Shown one piece after another: positions 50,080 through 63,344 of a stretch of DNA of 64,000 bases. Position numbers and translations under genes: made by a program. Source of the DNA: Octopus sinensis (taxonomy: Eukaryota); NCBI RefSeq assembly GCF_006345805.1, contig NC_043000.1:124062001-124126000 (forward strand), in the 5' to 3' direction. The notes below the pieces were generated by a model. The model saw nothing but the letters and a program-made list of their open reading frames with translations, was not told the origin of the DNA and made no database searches. Positions within the stretch are counted from its first letter, which is position 1; the number at the start of each line of letters is the position of its first letter.

Positions 50080-50247
50080 ATGGCTGATTCACGTCGTTGT
50101 TATGCGGCACTCTTGAATGGTTTAGCTAGAAGAAACTATTTTGGTGAAAAAGAATTGAGTAATGAAGTCTTGAAAGAACAAATATATCCCAAACTATCGG
50201 ATGAAGAATTTGAACATCTTGTTACAAAATGTACAGCTCTTATAAAG
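50080..50247 (+). CDS. COMMD1: COMMD1 coding exon 1
   Basis: ALLNGLARRNYFG...LKEQIYP matches the COMMD1 N-terminus; AAG|GTAAAA donor, phase 0; a possible 5' UTR acceptor ends at 49999. Confidence 0.93.
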
Positions 50248-52046
50248 GTAAAAACTACACACAATCTTCAAGACACACCCCTTCAAATCAGCTGATATCC
50301 CTTCAATTATATTACAGTTACAATTTCTAAAAACTTTTATTTATATATTTATTGACATAAAAGTCCTTTGAATGACTTTCTGTTTAATGTGGTAACCTTC
50401 TGCTACCGCATATTATTTTCTTTTTCATCTTTTAGCGTAGGTTAGCGTAGCTACAGTGTTAGATCGTTGTCCAATATAGTTTATTCTTTACTTCATTAAT
50501 AACATGACTTCTAATCTCTCAACTTCGACTGGAAAGTAGACAGTTTGCGAAGTAGCTAGAAAAAACAGCCATCCAAGTAAAAGTACTATCATTCAAAATG
50601 AATGGGTGATTTGAGAATGAGCACTTGTGTCTATAAGCAAGCCAAAACCCGCTAGTAATATACCTATCATCAAGTATCACAGAATTCTTTAACTACGAGA
50701 GGCTATTTTCGTTGATATGAGTACGAGAGAATACATTGTTACTCTACACAACTATCCTTACTGCTTATAATATACAACTGATTTCGTCTGTCGTTACGTT
50801 CTGAGTTCAAATTCCGCCGAGGTCGACTTTGCCTTTCATCCTTTCGGGGTCAATAAATAAAGTACCAGTTTCGCACTGGGGTCGATGCAATCGACTTAAT
50901 CCCTTTGTCTGTCCTTGTTTGTCCCCTCTATGTTTAGCCCCCTGTGGGCAACAAAGAAATATATAATATAGAACTGTATTTTCTGTAATTCGGTACCCTT
51001 GTTTTAACATCGACGGATTCGCTGTTAAATACCATGGTTGAGGCCCTATGTAATCGGCGCTTCGTATGAGTTTGGAATGCTCATTTTGCGTCTTTCAAAG
51101 ATTTTATTTAGAATTTTAATATTATCAAAAAAAACTGAAATATATCCTCTTCAAGTTTCTATTTATTCCTTTTACAAAATTATGTTTGAAATCGTACAAC
51201 TTTTGATCATTTCGCTTTGATTAAAAAAAAAAGTAGTATGTTTGAATCAACATTGGTATGTGTAACAACTAGCAGAACATTCTACATTTTGAAATGTTCT
51301 TATTTCTATTTTGATTTTTAATATAATTTCTGTAATTTGAGAAATTTGATAGAAAACACTGGAAGTATAACTACAGTTCAGTGCCCCTTGACTTTGTTTC
51401 CTCATGACAAATATTGTCTGTATGTTTTCTTTTTTGTTTTTTTAAATGAAATTTTGCAGAGATCGTTTTCAAAAGTGTAGATTGCGATTATTTTGATAAC
51501 ATTAAAAATAGAAGGAGGGGAAGTTTCGGATTATTCTACTCCCTCATTGTTTTCTTATAACTCTCTTTAAAATGCATATTTTTTAAATGGCATTTTGCAG
51601 AAATACATAATGTTGGTGCTTCAAACATACATCTAAAAAAAAAATGGAAAATGTTTAAGTTCCAGAACGAACAAAAAGGAATGATTCAAAACTCCTCCCT
51701 AAAGCGTTTTCCCCTAAATTTTATCATAATCTATACCATTAGTCCTCAACCGCGGTCTGTACGACCCCCTGAGGGTCCACGTAAGATTTTTAAGGTCTAT
51801 ACAAGCAAAATAGTAAGTTGGGGGTCCATGCAAGCAAAATATTTTAAAAGACCATAACAAATTTTGCTTTAGATGTATTAGCGTAAGAAATAGCTTAGTT
51901 TCTTTCTCAAACGTTTTACACAGTTCAAACTATACAAGTGAATATGGGGGGGGGCAGGTACTTTGAAAGAAGTATCTATAAAACTAGTTTTTAAATATTG
52001 AATGGCTACGAGGGTTCAGTAATGTAAAATAGTAATCAAAAAGATC

Positions 52047-52360
52047 CATCATTATCATCATTGTTTAATGTCCGCTTTCCATGCTGGCATGGATTTGATG
52101 GTTTGACTGAGGACTGGCAAGCCAGGAGGCTGCACCAGGCTCCAATCTGATCTGGCAAGGTTTCTATAACTGGATGCCCTTCCTAATGCCAACCACTCCG
52201 AGAATGTAGTGGGTACTTTTTACGTGCCACCATCACGAGGGCTCAAATGATGCATTTTATGTGCCACTGGCACAGGAACCAGTCTGGTGGGACTGGCATC
52301 GACCGCACTCAAATGGTGCCAGTCTGGCAGTACTGGCATTGGCCATGACAATGATTTCAC
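52047..52360 (-). mobile_element. RTE 3' UTR fragment in COMMD1 intron 1
   Basis: Reverse complement of the family tail. Confidence 0.85.
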
Positions 52361-52836
52361 TTCAGTCAACAGATAAAAAAAGAAAATGGCTGAGAACCAG
52401 GGATTTGTATCATAAAAACTTAGTTCTGCAAAATTTCACCAATCTGTAGATATGTTCAAAAGTGTGAGGTAACATTATATTCTAGTCCAAGGGAAGAAAT
52501 AAAAAACAACAGTGAAAGAAGACAGTCCCATGGACAGCCTTCAATATTTTTCATTGGTGGTGCTCCAGCATGGCTAGAGTCTTTGGGCTGAAATGTATAA
52601 AAGAATGAAAAGAGAATAAAATATTTTTACTCATTCTTAGGTACAAAAAATGGAGGTTGCATTATATCTGAGATAGCAGTTTTCTCATAAAATATGGTGA
52701 TTTTTTTTTCATACGTTAATAAAATGTCTTTTTTTTTTCCTAGTTAGGGTTGTTGACGGCATAACTCTCACACTTGTTATATTATGTTAAAAATTTTGAT
52801 TATGTTTTTGATTTCATCCCATTCTTTTATTTATTT

Positions 52837-53030
52837 ATTTGTTTCAGTCATTTGACTGTGGCCATGCTGGAGCACCACCTTAAAGAAATTGACCCCAGAA
52901 CTTATTCTTTGTAAGCCTAGTACTTATTCTCTCGGTCTCTTTTTACCAAACTGCTAAGTTTTATGGGAACCTAAACACACCAGCATTGGTTGTTAAGCAA
53001 TGGAGTGGGGACAAACACAGACACACACAC

Positions 53031-53093
<63 letters not shown>

Positions 53094-53226
53094 CAGACAT
53101 ACACACACATATACATGATAGGCTTCTTTCAGTTTCTGTCTACCAATTCCATTCACAACACTTTGGTCGGCCCCGAACCCGGCTCTATGTGGTTGGGAAG
53201 CAAGCTTCTTAACACATAGCCATACT
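52837..53226 (-). mobile_element. Long-family SINE with expanded (TA)n in COMMD1 intron 1
   Basis: Reverse complement of the 21415 family. Confidence 0.8.
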
Positions 53227-54151
53227 GCAATATTGCACCTACTTAATGTTTTTAAAAGCAATACACTCGAACACATCTTATTATAGATATGATCATCAAT
53301 TGTTTACTGTCCACTTTTTCATGTTTTTATGGGTTGGACAGAGTTTATTGAGGTAGATTTTTACAAATGGAAACCCTTCCGGTTGCCAACTCTCACCTGT
53401 TTCCAAGCAAAGTTTTCCCATGGCCAGACAGGTTTTTCACGGAAGTCTAGAAACAAACAGCTTCATATACAGCCATCATATGATGTCAATACAAGGACAT
53501 ACAGGCACGCATACACATATATACAGACGACAAGCGTCTTCCAGTTTTTTTGTAACTTTCCTTAGAATTCTAATTAATTTGAATCCTATTTTCTGTATAT
53601 AAAATTCTTCAGGCATATTTAGACTATATTATGCTGATGAGGTCAAATGACTGAAATATGTCCGTCTCTTGTCTGCAAAGATCACTGTTCACCTTTCGTG
53701 TAAATTGAGAAATTTAGTCTTAAATACTTGAAATTATCTCCCCTTCTCTCTGAGAGTTGCTACCAATTGCTGTTACTAGGTTTTTCTTTTCTAACTCTAA
53801 CTCAGAGAAATTTCAATAAATTAAAAATTTTACAGACAGCATTCAGTACATCACCCTTTAATCTAAGTATAAAATGTATTATTTCATACATTTCGAAGTA
53901 AATCTTTTAATACTGGAGTAACAATAAATTATAATTTGTTTCCTAGTAGTTCCAGCCATTTTTATGCTGTATGAATATCACAGAACATTGAAATGGAGTT
54001 GAGTCAAAAAGGATCTCTACACAAGTGCTTGCCCTACTAGAAATAACACTCTCATGTTTAAAAAAAAGATATATTGAATAATGTAGTTCTAGATATATAA
54101 AGAGATAGGATGAACATGACTTGGGAGCTATACAAGCAACAACTAAAAAGG

Positions 54152-54625
54152 GACACAGGCATGGCTGTGTGGTAAGAAGCTTGCTTCCCAACCACATGAT
54201 TCCGGGTTCAGTTCCACTGTGAGGCACATTGGGTATCTTCTACTATAGCCCCTGGCCAACCAAACCCTAGCAAGAAGATTTGGTAGATGGAAACTGAAAG
54301 AAACCCATTATATATACATTGCATAAACACAAGCACACAAATGCAAAGGTGAGAAAAAATAGTACTTGAATACCAAAGGTAGAATAATATGCTTTTATTA
54401 AAGCTCCAAAATTTCCTGAAATTTTTGTGCATATATATATATATTATCATCATCATCATCATACATACATAAATGTGTGTATCTTTGTATGTATGTTCCC
54501 ATCCCTGCTTGACAATTGGTGTTGGTTTGTTTATTTCCCCATAACTTTGCAGCTTGGCAAAAAGAGACTGGTAGAATAAGTACCAGACTGCAGTCCAGTG
54601 ACTGAAGCAAGTAAAAGATAAAAGA
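54152..54625 (+). mobile_element. Long-family SINE in COMMD1 intron 1
   Basis: GGCATGGCTGTGTGGTAAGAAGC head; tail GACTGAAGCAAGTAAAAGA. Confidence 0.75.
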
Positions 54626-54784
54626 TTATAACATTGATGTAGGTAATAATGGAATGTAGGGAATGAAGTAGAAAGATGGAAGAGGTACAGAACTAAAATT
54701 CTAATTGTTAACCATTATGTTAACTGCTTTCTCTGATATTGTTTCGTTAAATTTTTTCCATACATTTCTATTCTTTTTCTGAAG

Positions 54785-55093
54785 AGTATGGTTGCCGTTG
54801 ACATGGATTTCAATCAACTGGAAGCTTTCTTGACATCTCAAATTAAAAAGGCTGATAGTGGAATGAATGAAGAACGAGCTAATGCTGTCCGTAAGTTCTG
54901 GAAGAATCAAAGGAACAAAATTCATGACATTCAAGTACAACAAACACAATGGAACAGTTGTTTGAAGCAAATGTCTTGGAGAATTGATTTAAAATCTCAA
55001 GCAAGACACATTGAACAAATTGATAAACCTACAGCCATTGTAGAATTGATGGTTTCAAATAATTCACAGACCACAGATGATGAAAATAAAAAG
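54785..55093 (+). CDS. COMMD1: COMMD1 coding exon 2
   Basis: SMVAVDMDFNQLEAFLTSQ...KFWK...WRIDLKSQARH...PTAIVEL; 309 nt phase 0-0; TTTTTCTGAAG acceptor, AAG|GTAAAT donor. Confidence 0.97.
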
Positions 55094-55234
55094 GTAAATT
55101 GCTATTTAATATATTATTAGAATATGTTGAGTAAACTGCTGTTGGTAATTGAAGTATGAGAATAAATAAGACTAAAGCCTCTGAGTGGATTTGGTAAAAG
55201 GAAACTAAAAGAAGCTCCCATCATACATTCATAT

Positions 55235-55576
55235 GTGATTGTTACCAGCGTCGCCTTACTGGCACTTGTGCCGGTGGTACGTGAAAAACAACATTCGAGT
55301 GAGGGTGTTGCCAGTGCCACTGGATTGGCTCCTGTGCAGGTGACACGTAAAAACACCGTTTGAGTATGGTCGTTGTCAGTACTGCCTGACAGGCCCTTGT
55401 GCCGGTGGCACATAGAAGCACCCACTACACTCTTGGAGTGGTTGGCATTAGGAAGGGCATCCAGCTGTAGAAACTCTGCCTGATCAGATTGGAGCCTGGT
55501 GCAGCCATCTGGCTCACCAGTCAAACCGTCCAACCCATGCCAGCATGGAAAGCGGGTGTTAAACAATGATGATGAT
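55235..55576 (+). mobile_element. RTE 3' UTR fragment nested in a long-family SINE (about 55160-55805)
   Basis: SINE body on both sides of the RTE tail. Confidence 0.8.
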
Positions 55577-55836
55577 ATATGTGTATATGTTTGTGTCAGT
55601 GCTTGTCCCCCACTACCATCACTTGACAACCAATGTTGGTGTGTTTATGTCCCCATAACTTAGCGGTTCGGTAAAAGAGACTGATAGAATAAGTCCTGGG
55701 CTTACAAGGAATAAGTCCTGGGGTTGATTTGTTCAACTAAAACCCCTTAAGGTGGTGCTTCAATATGGCTGTGGTCAAATGACTGATACAAGTAAAAGAA
55801 TAAAAGAAAAGAATGAAAGAATATTTCTGGCATGTA

Positions 55837-56377
55837 TTGGTTTGTCTGGAAAGTTTGTGCCGATTTTTAAAGGAAAGGAAAAGATTAATCAACCAAATAT
55901 GAACCATTTTGTTGCACAATGTGTTTCCATCTTTCCTTTAACTTAAAAATACCCTCTTCCCAGAATTGAGGTGGTTTCGTGGCAAAGAATTCATCAAGGT
56001 ATCTTTTTACGTCATCCAAGGAATTGAAATTTTTACAATTAAGACTATTCTGCAGAGACCTGAATAAGTGGAAATCCGAAGGAGCAATATCTGGTGAATA
56101 TGGTGGGTGGGATAACACATCCCAGCTGAGCTGCAACAATTTTTGTCTGGTTCCCAAAGCATCAAGTGCCAAAAATTAACTTTCTTATCTTCCATTTTAA
56201 AGGGTTACAAAATTAACACAGGTTATAGGAACATAAACCTTCTTCCACGAAAAGATAGCTTAAACTGTGCTCTAAATGGAGGTGTGGTCAAATCCTATTT
56301 TATGGACTCAGCCATGTTCTAAAATAAGTTGAAAGGTAAGCTACTATAAATCAGCACAAACTTTCCGGACAACCCAA
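55837..56377 (-). mobile_element. Internally deleted mariner with TIRs and TA TSD
   Basis: ORF with HPPYSPDIAPSDFHLFRSLQN; TIRs of about 30 bp (TTGGTTTGTCTGGAAAGTTTGTGC / GCACAAACTTTCCGGACAACCCAA) flanked by TA. Confidence 0.9.
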
Positions 56378-57384
56378 TATTATTGTTAGCTCTGATCATG
56401 TAGAACTATGATTCTTGATGTTCCAACAGCATTCAGTATTTTTTAGGAGCATAATGTATCCAACATATTATCCATTGTTTCTTTTTGTTTTTTTTAAACA
56501 CTCTGATATAGTTTGAGGGTAACTTGGTTGTTTAAATTCTGTGACAAACAGTAATCATAATTGTTATGTTTTATTTTTTTTATGCTGGCATAGGTTAGAT
56601 GTAATTTCATATGGGGAAATTTTTAAGCCTGGGTGCTCTTCCTGTCACCAACCTTCACATGTTTTGTAAGTTAGGTCTTCTGATTCTCCTGATCCAGAGA
56701 ACCAAAGAAGCCACTGAAACTACAAAACTTTTTGTTTACTGGGTAAAGTAAACAAAGACACTACTCAGGTGGTGTTAATGAAAAAACGCAGACATAACAT
56801 TTCCAAACACATTGACATGCACGTGCACGCACACACACGCACACACACACACAGCTGTTCAAGAATTTGGACCTGGAGATCCCCATTTCCAGCGACTTTG
56901 AGGGCCACCTTCCACTGGTGTCGGGCGTCAACGAAGAGCCCTCGACTACAAGACAACCAAAGTTTTTTTTTCCAAGGTCTGGGGTCTCCCGCCCCTAAGC
57001 CCTAGACCATCACCTAATCACCCTTACCCGTCTTGTTGCTTAACAACAACAACAACAACACACACAAACAATCAATAGGCTTTGTCTCAGTTTCTGTCTT
57101 CCAGTTTCACTCACATGGCATTGGTCAACCTAAGGCTGTAAAAGACCCTTACTCAAGGGTCATGCTGTGGGACCAAACTTCAAAACATCATGGCTTTGAA
57201 GCAAAGTTTGTAACCACACAGCCATGCTTGCATCTATTATCAAATTAGAAAAAAAAGAAATATACGAGGAATTGTTTTTGCTACCTGAATTTATCAAAAT
57301 CTTTGAGTTATGAAAAGTAGGATTTTTTCTGGGAATATGATAAGAATCTTATTCACAAAAGTTTTTCTCAGGCAAGTGAAATCA

Positions 57385-57792
57385 AAATCAAATTTGATGA
57401 CTGGCTAGTGGAACGCTAAGAGCACCATCCGAGTGTGGTCATTGCCAGAGCGGCTAACTGGCTTCCATGCTGGTGGCACGTAAAAAGCACCATTCGAGCG
57501 TGATCATTACCAGCGTCACCTTACTGGCACATGAAAAAAAATCATGCAGGTGGCACGTAAAAATCACCATTTGAGCATGGCTGTTGCCAGTACCGCCTGA
57601 CTGGCCCTCGTGCCGGTGGCACGTAAAAAACACCCACTACCTTCTCGGAGTGGTTGGCGTTAGGAAGGGCATTCAGCTGTAGAAACTCTGCCAGATCAGA
57701 TTGGAGCCTGGTGCAGCCATCTGGTTTGCTAGTCCTCTGTCAAATTGTCCAACCCATGCTAGCATGGAAAGCGGACATTAAACAATGATGAT
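57385..57792 (+). mobile_element. RTE 3' UTR fragment in COMMD1 intron 2
   Basis: Family repeats and (GAT)n tail. Confidence 0.85.
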
Positions 57793-58719
57793 CAACTCTT
57801 TAGCATTTAAACCAGCCATATCTGGTTCAAACATTCTACCTGTTGAATGTTCAAACTGACTGGGTGCTTTTGCACATCAGCAACACAGACACTTTTATAA
57901 TGCCTGTATGCAAGGACAGCCACTATTTTATTTAGCTTGATGTGTCTTCTTTGCTGTGCTTTAGAAGACATGCCAAGCTGAGTAAAATCCTAGCTGCCCT
58001 TGCATACAAGCATATCCCCTACATCTCTCTTCAGCTGAGTGAACCTAATTCTACTGGATCATGGGTGCTGGTGCCAAGTAAAAAGCACCCAGTACACTCT
58101 GTAAAGTGGTTGGTGTTAGGAAAGGTATCCATCTGCAGAAACCATGCCAAAACAGACATAGAGCCTAGGCTGCTCTTCAGCTGGTCAGCCTCTGTCAAGC
58201 CGTTGAACACATACCAGCATGAAAAAAATCGATGTTAACCCATATATGCCAATAAAAAATGAAGCCTTAAAATTTCACTGTATTTAGATTAAACGTTATG
58301 GTAAGCTTTCACAATCTGGAAGAGAAGGACAGTATGCAACTGTTAGCTACAGGTGTTGACTACCTAATGAACATTTCATATGCTCAGTCAGATGTTTCCT
58401 GGTGAGTTCATGTCCAAACAAGTACGAGCAGGTCTTGTGTTATGAACACACAACCAGGGGTATATATGGGTTAAATGATGATGATAATGACCAGATTTGC
58501 TCTCTTACACTTACCCTGAAATGTCATTCTAAAGTAAATAATCAGTATATCAAAGACATGAATCTATGAAGTAATACATGATTAATTTAAAATAATGAGA
58601 AAAATTAAGCATTACATTTGACAGTAATCTGAGTTAAAGTTACAGAAATCTCAGTAAGTCATGAAATGAAAAACATTCATGTAAAAACAAGATTCTAATA
58701 TATTTAATTCATTTTCCAG

Positions 58720-58821
58720 GCTAAAGTATTTCATTTTGAAATGGATGACAAGAAATTAGACCAAGTTCTAAGCAATCTACACGAGATCAAAGAACAGATT
58801 TCCAATCACAGTCAGCAATAA
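58720..58821 (+). CDS. COMMD1: COMMD1 coding exon 3 (AKVFHFEMDDKKLDQVLSNLHEIKEQISNHSQQ*)
   Basis: ATTTTCCAG acceptor, phase 0, COMM-domain final helix, TAA stop; total 192 aa. Confidence 0.92.
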   Translation, partial: AKVFHFEMDDKKLDQVLSNLHEIKEQISNHSQQ

Positions 58822-61409
58822 TTATATTTAATTAAAAGAAATTAATTTTGATAAGACTTTGTTTATATTTGTTGTAAAATAACCAATCATTTGTATATTT
58901 CCCTCATTCATTAGAAACAATTTATTCCATCACCCTTGAATTTTGTTATCTTTTCAATTTGTTTTTTGTAACATTTTTTTTTGTATCTATCATTATTAAA
59001 TAATAACCGAAAACTATTGACTGCTGAAGCTGTTCTGTTTTCTTTTTAAGAAGAAAATTAGGAGTTTATTTTCTCAATGATTGGTTGTGCAATTATTATT
59101 GAAATGAAAGTACTCAAAAAGAATTACTGAGTGAAAGAATGGTTGTGGACAAATTCCAAGTTTCTAAAAATATTTCTGACAAAAATCTGTTCAGATATGG
59201 ACGACAACACATAAAAATGCAACTATTTCTTGAATATTATATATTCTTTTATGTTTGTTTAGAGGGTTAGTACTGAAATAAATAGGTAACATATTAAAAA
59301 GTACATTGTATGTCTTTTATATACTTATGTCTGGACTGTTTAGGAAAGCGTAGTCCTAACTCCCTCCCATGAAGAAGCTGACCTTGTGCCAAAATTTGAA
59401 ACTAATATTCTCTATCTGTAAGGTTGGCAGAATCATTGCTGGGTAAAATGCTTAGTGGCATTTTGTCTCTCTTTACATTCCGAGTTCAAATACTACTGAG
59501 GCCAACTTTACTTTCCATCTTTTCAGGGTCAATTGAATAAGTACCAGTTGAGCAGGGGGGGGGGCAATGCAATTGACTTACTCCCTCCCATGAAGAAGCT
59601 GGTCTTGTGTCAAAATTTGAATCAAAACATCTTATATTTCATTTAACACATCACATATTTTCTCTCTCCCTCTAAAATAAAGCAAACAACATTAAAAATG
59701 ATAAAGCAAAACAAAAAAAGAAACAAATAATAAATCGTACATACAAATCTTATTTTATTTTAAAATGGACACCATGACCATCCTCATTGAGTCATTGGTA
59801 TAGTTTGGAAGACTTTTGTGATTTTCATGTAATACATTAAAAACAAGTTAGCTTGGTAGAATTCACTTCCCTAACAGTTATTTACAACAGCAAATTTATA
59901 AAAAAAGGTTAATTTATTTCATTGGATGTTTGTTTTTGCATGTTAGCATAGGTGAGATTAATATATTATTGAAGCTGACAATTTTTGATGAGAAATTAGA
60001 ATATCATTGCTTTGTAGCTTACTATTTCAGAGAAGCAGAGATATAAAAACATACACACTTCGTCATCATCATTTTAATGTCCTCTCTTGTATTCTCACAT
60101 GGGTTGGATGGAATTTGTTGATAATTTTCCCTTGTCACCAGTTTCCAAGCAAGCAGATATTTCCTCATGATCAGACATATTTTCACAGAGGATTGGAAAC
60201 AAAGAACACTGCTTGTATGATGATGACACTAATTTACAGCAATCACAATAGAAAGCAATTCCTACGCATATACATTAAGAAAGGCATCTAGCTGTAGAAA
60301 TAATCCATGCTGGATCCATCACAGATTTTAAAATTATTTTTTTAAAAACTAAACAGTTTGAAACTTCGTATACTGGTGTATTTCTCACTGAACATTTTGG
60401 AGAAAATTTCGTATTTTAGAAGTTATTTCATGTTAAAGTTGGTGTATTTGGTTAATTTTAACCAATCAACAGTTGGAGAAAGCTACTGCTGTTTGCAATA
60501 GTAATCAAAGAGGAACAACTTCCGGGTCACCTCCACTAAATGTCACCACTCTGTTCTGTTCTAAATCAAGCAAAGGGAAAGTGTTGCTCCTTGGTCATAG
60601 CTGACACAAAAGAGAAGCTTTTGGCTGCAAGAAAGATGATGTCACCTTTATTCTTTCTTCCTTTCTAGTCAGCACTGTGCATTCCTTACTTTTTCCTTCT
60701 CTACTGGCAAACAGCCACTTCTACATTATCAACTACCAACTAGCAAGCAAACTTGTCACTGCCACAACAATTACTGCTGTATCTCTAACTACATGTCAGG
60801 CAAACAAATAAATATATGTAAATAATATTTCTACCTTCTTGGTGTTGATTCTTCAATGTTTACTGGTTACTCCAACGCGAGAACCAAAAGAGAAAAAAGT
60901 GTGTAATATGCAATGTAGGCAGTAAACAAAAATAAAACAGAACAGAGTAGTGACATTTAGTAGGGATGATCTGGAAGTTGTTCCTCTTTGCTTACTATTG
61001 CAAACAGCAGTAGCTTTCTTCAACTGAGTACACATTGTTGATTGGTTAAAATTACCCAAATACAACTTTAACACAAAATGACTTCTAAAATACAAAGTTT
61101 TGTCAAAAAATCTGATTGAAACTGAACAGATCCATAATTCCACAGTTCGATGCAGTGCTCTGGCTCGCCAGCTCATGTTGAACAGTCCAATCCATGCCAC
61201 AATGGAAAAAAGATGTTAAATGATGATATATGACAGACTTCTTACAATTTTTGTCTACCAAATCCATTCACAAGGCTTTGGTCAGCCTGGGGCTATAATA
61301 AAAGATGCTTGCTTAAGGTTCTGCATAGTGAGATAGAACTTGAAGCATGTAATTGGAAAGTGAACATCTCAACCACACAGCCATACCCACAAAAACTTTT
61401 AGTACCCTC

Positions 61410-61665
61410 CCCACTGCTGGTGGCACATAAAAAGCACCATACGAGCATGGCCGATGCCAGTGCCACCTGACTAGCCCCTGTGCCGGTGGCACGTAAAAAG
61501 CACCCACTACACCCTCAGAGTGGTTGGCATTAGGAAGGGTATCCAGCTGTAGAAACCTTGCTAGATCAGACTGGAGCCTGGTGCAGCTTCCCGGCTTGCC
61601 TGTCCTCAGTCAAACCATCCAACCCATGCTAGCAAGGAAAACAGATGCTAAACAATGATGATGAT
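61410..61665 (+). mobile_element. RTE 3' UTR fragment
   Basis: Family tail with (GAT)n. Confidence 0.85.
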
Positions 61666-61799
61666 GGAGATTGGAAGTTGTAAGTTTCATGCTTTTGCCA
61701 TAGAAGATAAGCAAAGTTAAATATGAACCCATTTTGCTTGGAACTTATCCCCATATTATGACTCTTGCTTGAATAATTAAACCCTTTAAGTATATCTTT

Positions 61800-62180
61800 T
61801 ATCTCGTTTCAGTCATTAGACTGTGGCCATGCTGGAGCACTGCCTTGAAGAATTTTTATTTAAAGGAATTGACCCAGTACTTTTTTTGTTATTTTGCTAA
61901 GTCTGGTACTTATTCTATGGGTCTCTTTTGCTGAACCCCTAAGTAATGGGGACTGAAATACACTAACACTTGTCAAATAGTGGTAGGGGACAAATACATA
62001 CACACATATATATATTATATATACGACAGGCTTCTTTCAGTTTCCGTCTACCAAATCCACTCACAAGGCTTTGGTTGGCCTGAGGCTATAGTATAAGACA
62101 CTTGCCCAAGGTGTCACATAGTGGGACTGAACCTAGAGCCATGCGGTTGGGAAGCTAGCTTCTTATCGTGTGACCATGCC
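61800..62180 (-). mobile_element. Long-family SINE
   Basis: Reverse complement of the 21415 family. Confidence 0.8.
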
Positions 62181-62269
62181 TAACTAATATTGAGAATGTT
62201 ATGGATACGGCAAAATTTGTGAAAATTAACATTTCAGAATTGAAATTTTTATACTTTTCAAATATTAAT

Positions 62270-62705
62270 ATGACAATTGGATTCTCCAGGCCTACTTTCT
62301 TCATCACATGACCAAGACGTCTCAGTTACCTGGCCCTTGTCTCATGAAGCGGTTTCCTATTTACTGCAGCTTGGGTCATTACTTCATTTGATATTTTGTC
62401 TGTCTAATGAAGAACTGATGACCTGAACTGCAGAAAACAGGAAACTGCTTTGTGAGATAAAAAAGGTCAAGCAACTGACATTTCTTGGTCATGTGATAAA
62501 GAAAGTGGGCCTAGAGATATTTAACAATGACTGAAAAGATTGAAGGGAAAAGAAGCAGAGGAAGGATGATATGGATATCAAGCTTGATGAAATGGTGAGA
62601 AAAAAGAGGCATTAAACATCAGGAAGGGGAACTGTTACAGAAAACAAAGAACAGAGAATTGTGGCAGGACATGATTTCCTATGTCCTCTGTTAAATGGAC
62701 ATGGC
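62270..62705. mobile_element. Two degenerate LINE (RTE/Jockey-like) ORF C-terminal fragments in inverted orientation
   Basis: Plus strand: TFLGHVIKKVGLE...KIEGKRSRGR; minus strand: DKISNEV...LGHVMKKVGLEN. Confidence 0.55.
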
Positions 62706-63344
62706 ACCCAAAAGAAGGAGAAGGACAATCAGAAATACTTATTGATTGCTTCCATTAAAATGGTTATTGACAACATGCATACATTAAAGATTAAATTCAA
62801 TTACAATTCCTCATTGTTAACAGTTTAAAACGAAGGTATTGAAAAAAAAAAAACCGTCAAGCCAACGAATACAAGTTTGAGTTATTTGCCCTTCCTACTT
62901 TTAGAATTGTTTTGCTCAAATATAGCAGCAATTTCAAACTAATCATAAATCTAACCTGAATTTGTTTGTTAATATAATTTCAAACATTACTTTATTTTAA
63001 ATTATTTTAATATACTAAATGAAATTAAATTTCGTATTCGTGCACTCATATGTAATCTAAATAGTAATTAAAAAAAATTAGTTCCTTTCCTTTCAGGCCT
63101 TGTCAATCCACTGCCAGCTAATCTATGCTGGTTGTAGACTTATCTGTTCAAGATCACCAATTACAGATGGCCAAGATTAATCACTTAAATATAGATAGCT
63201 CTATATTTGGGTGATTAACCTTGACCACTGGTACCACAAAAAATTAGTATTAGTAAATCGTCCTTTCACATACTAAGAGAATCTTTTTTTTTAGTAGTTT
63301 TATTAAAAAAAATATATTTGATTTTTTTTTTATTATTTTACAAT

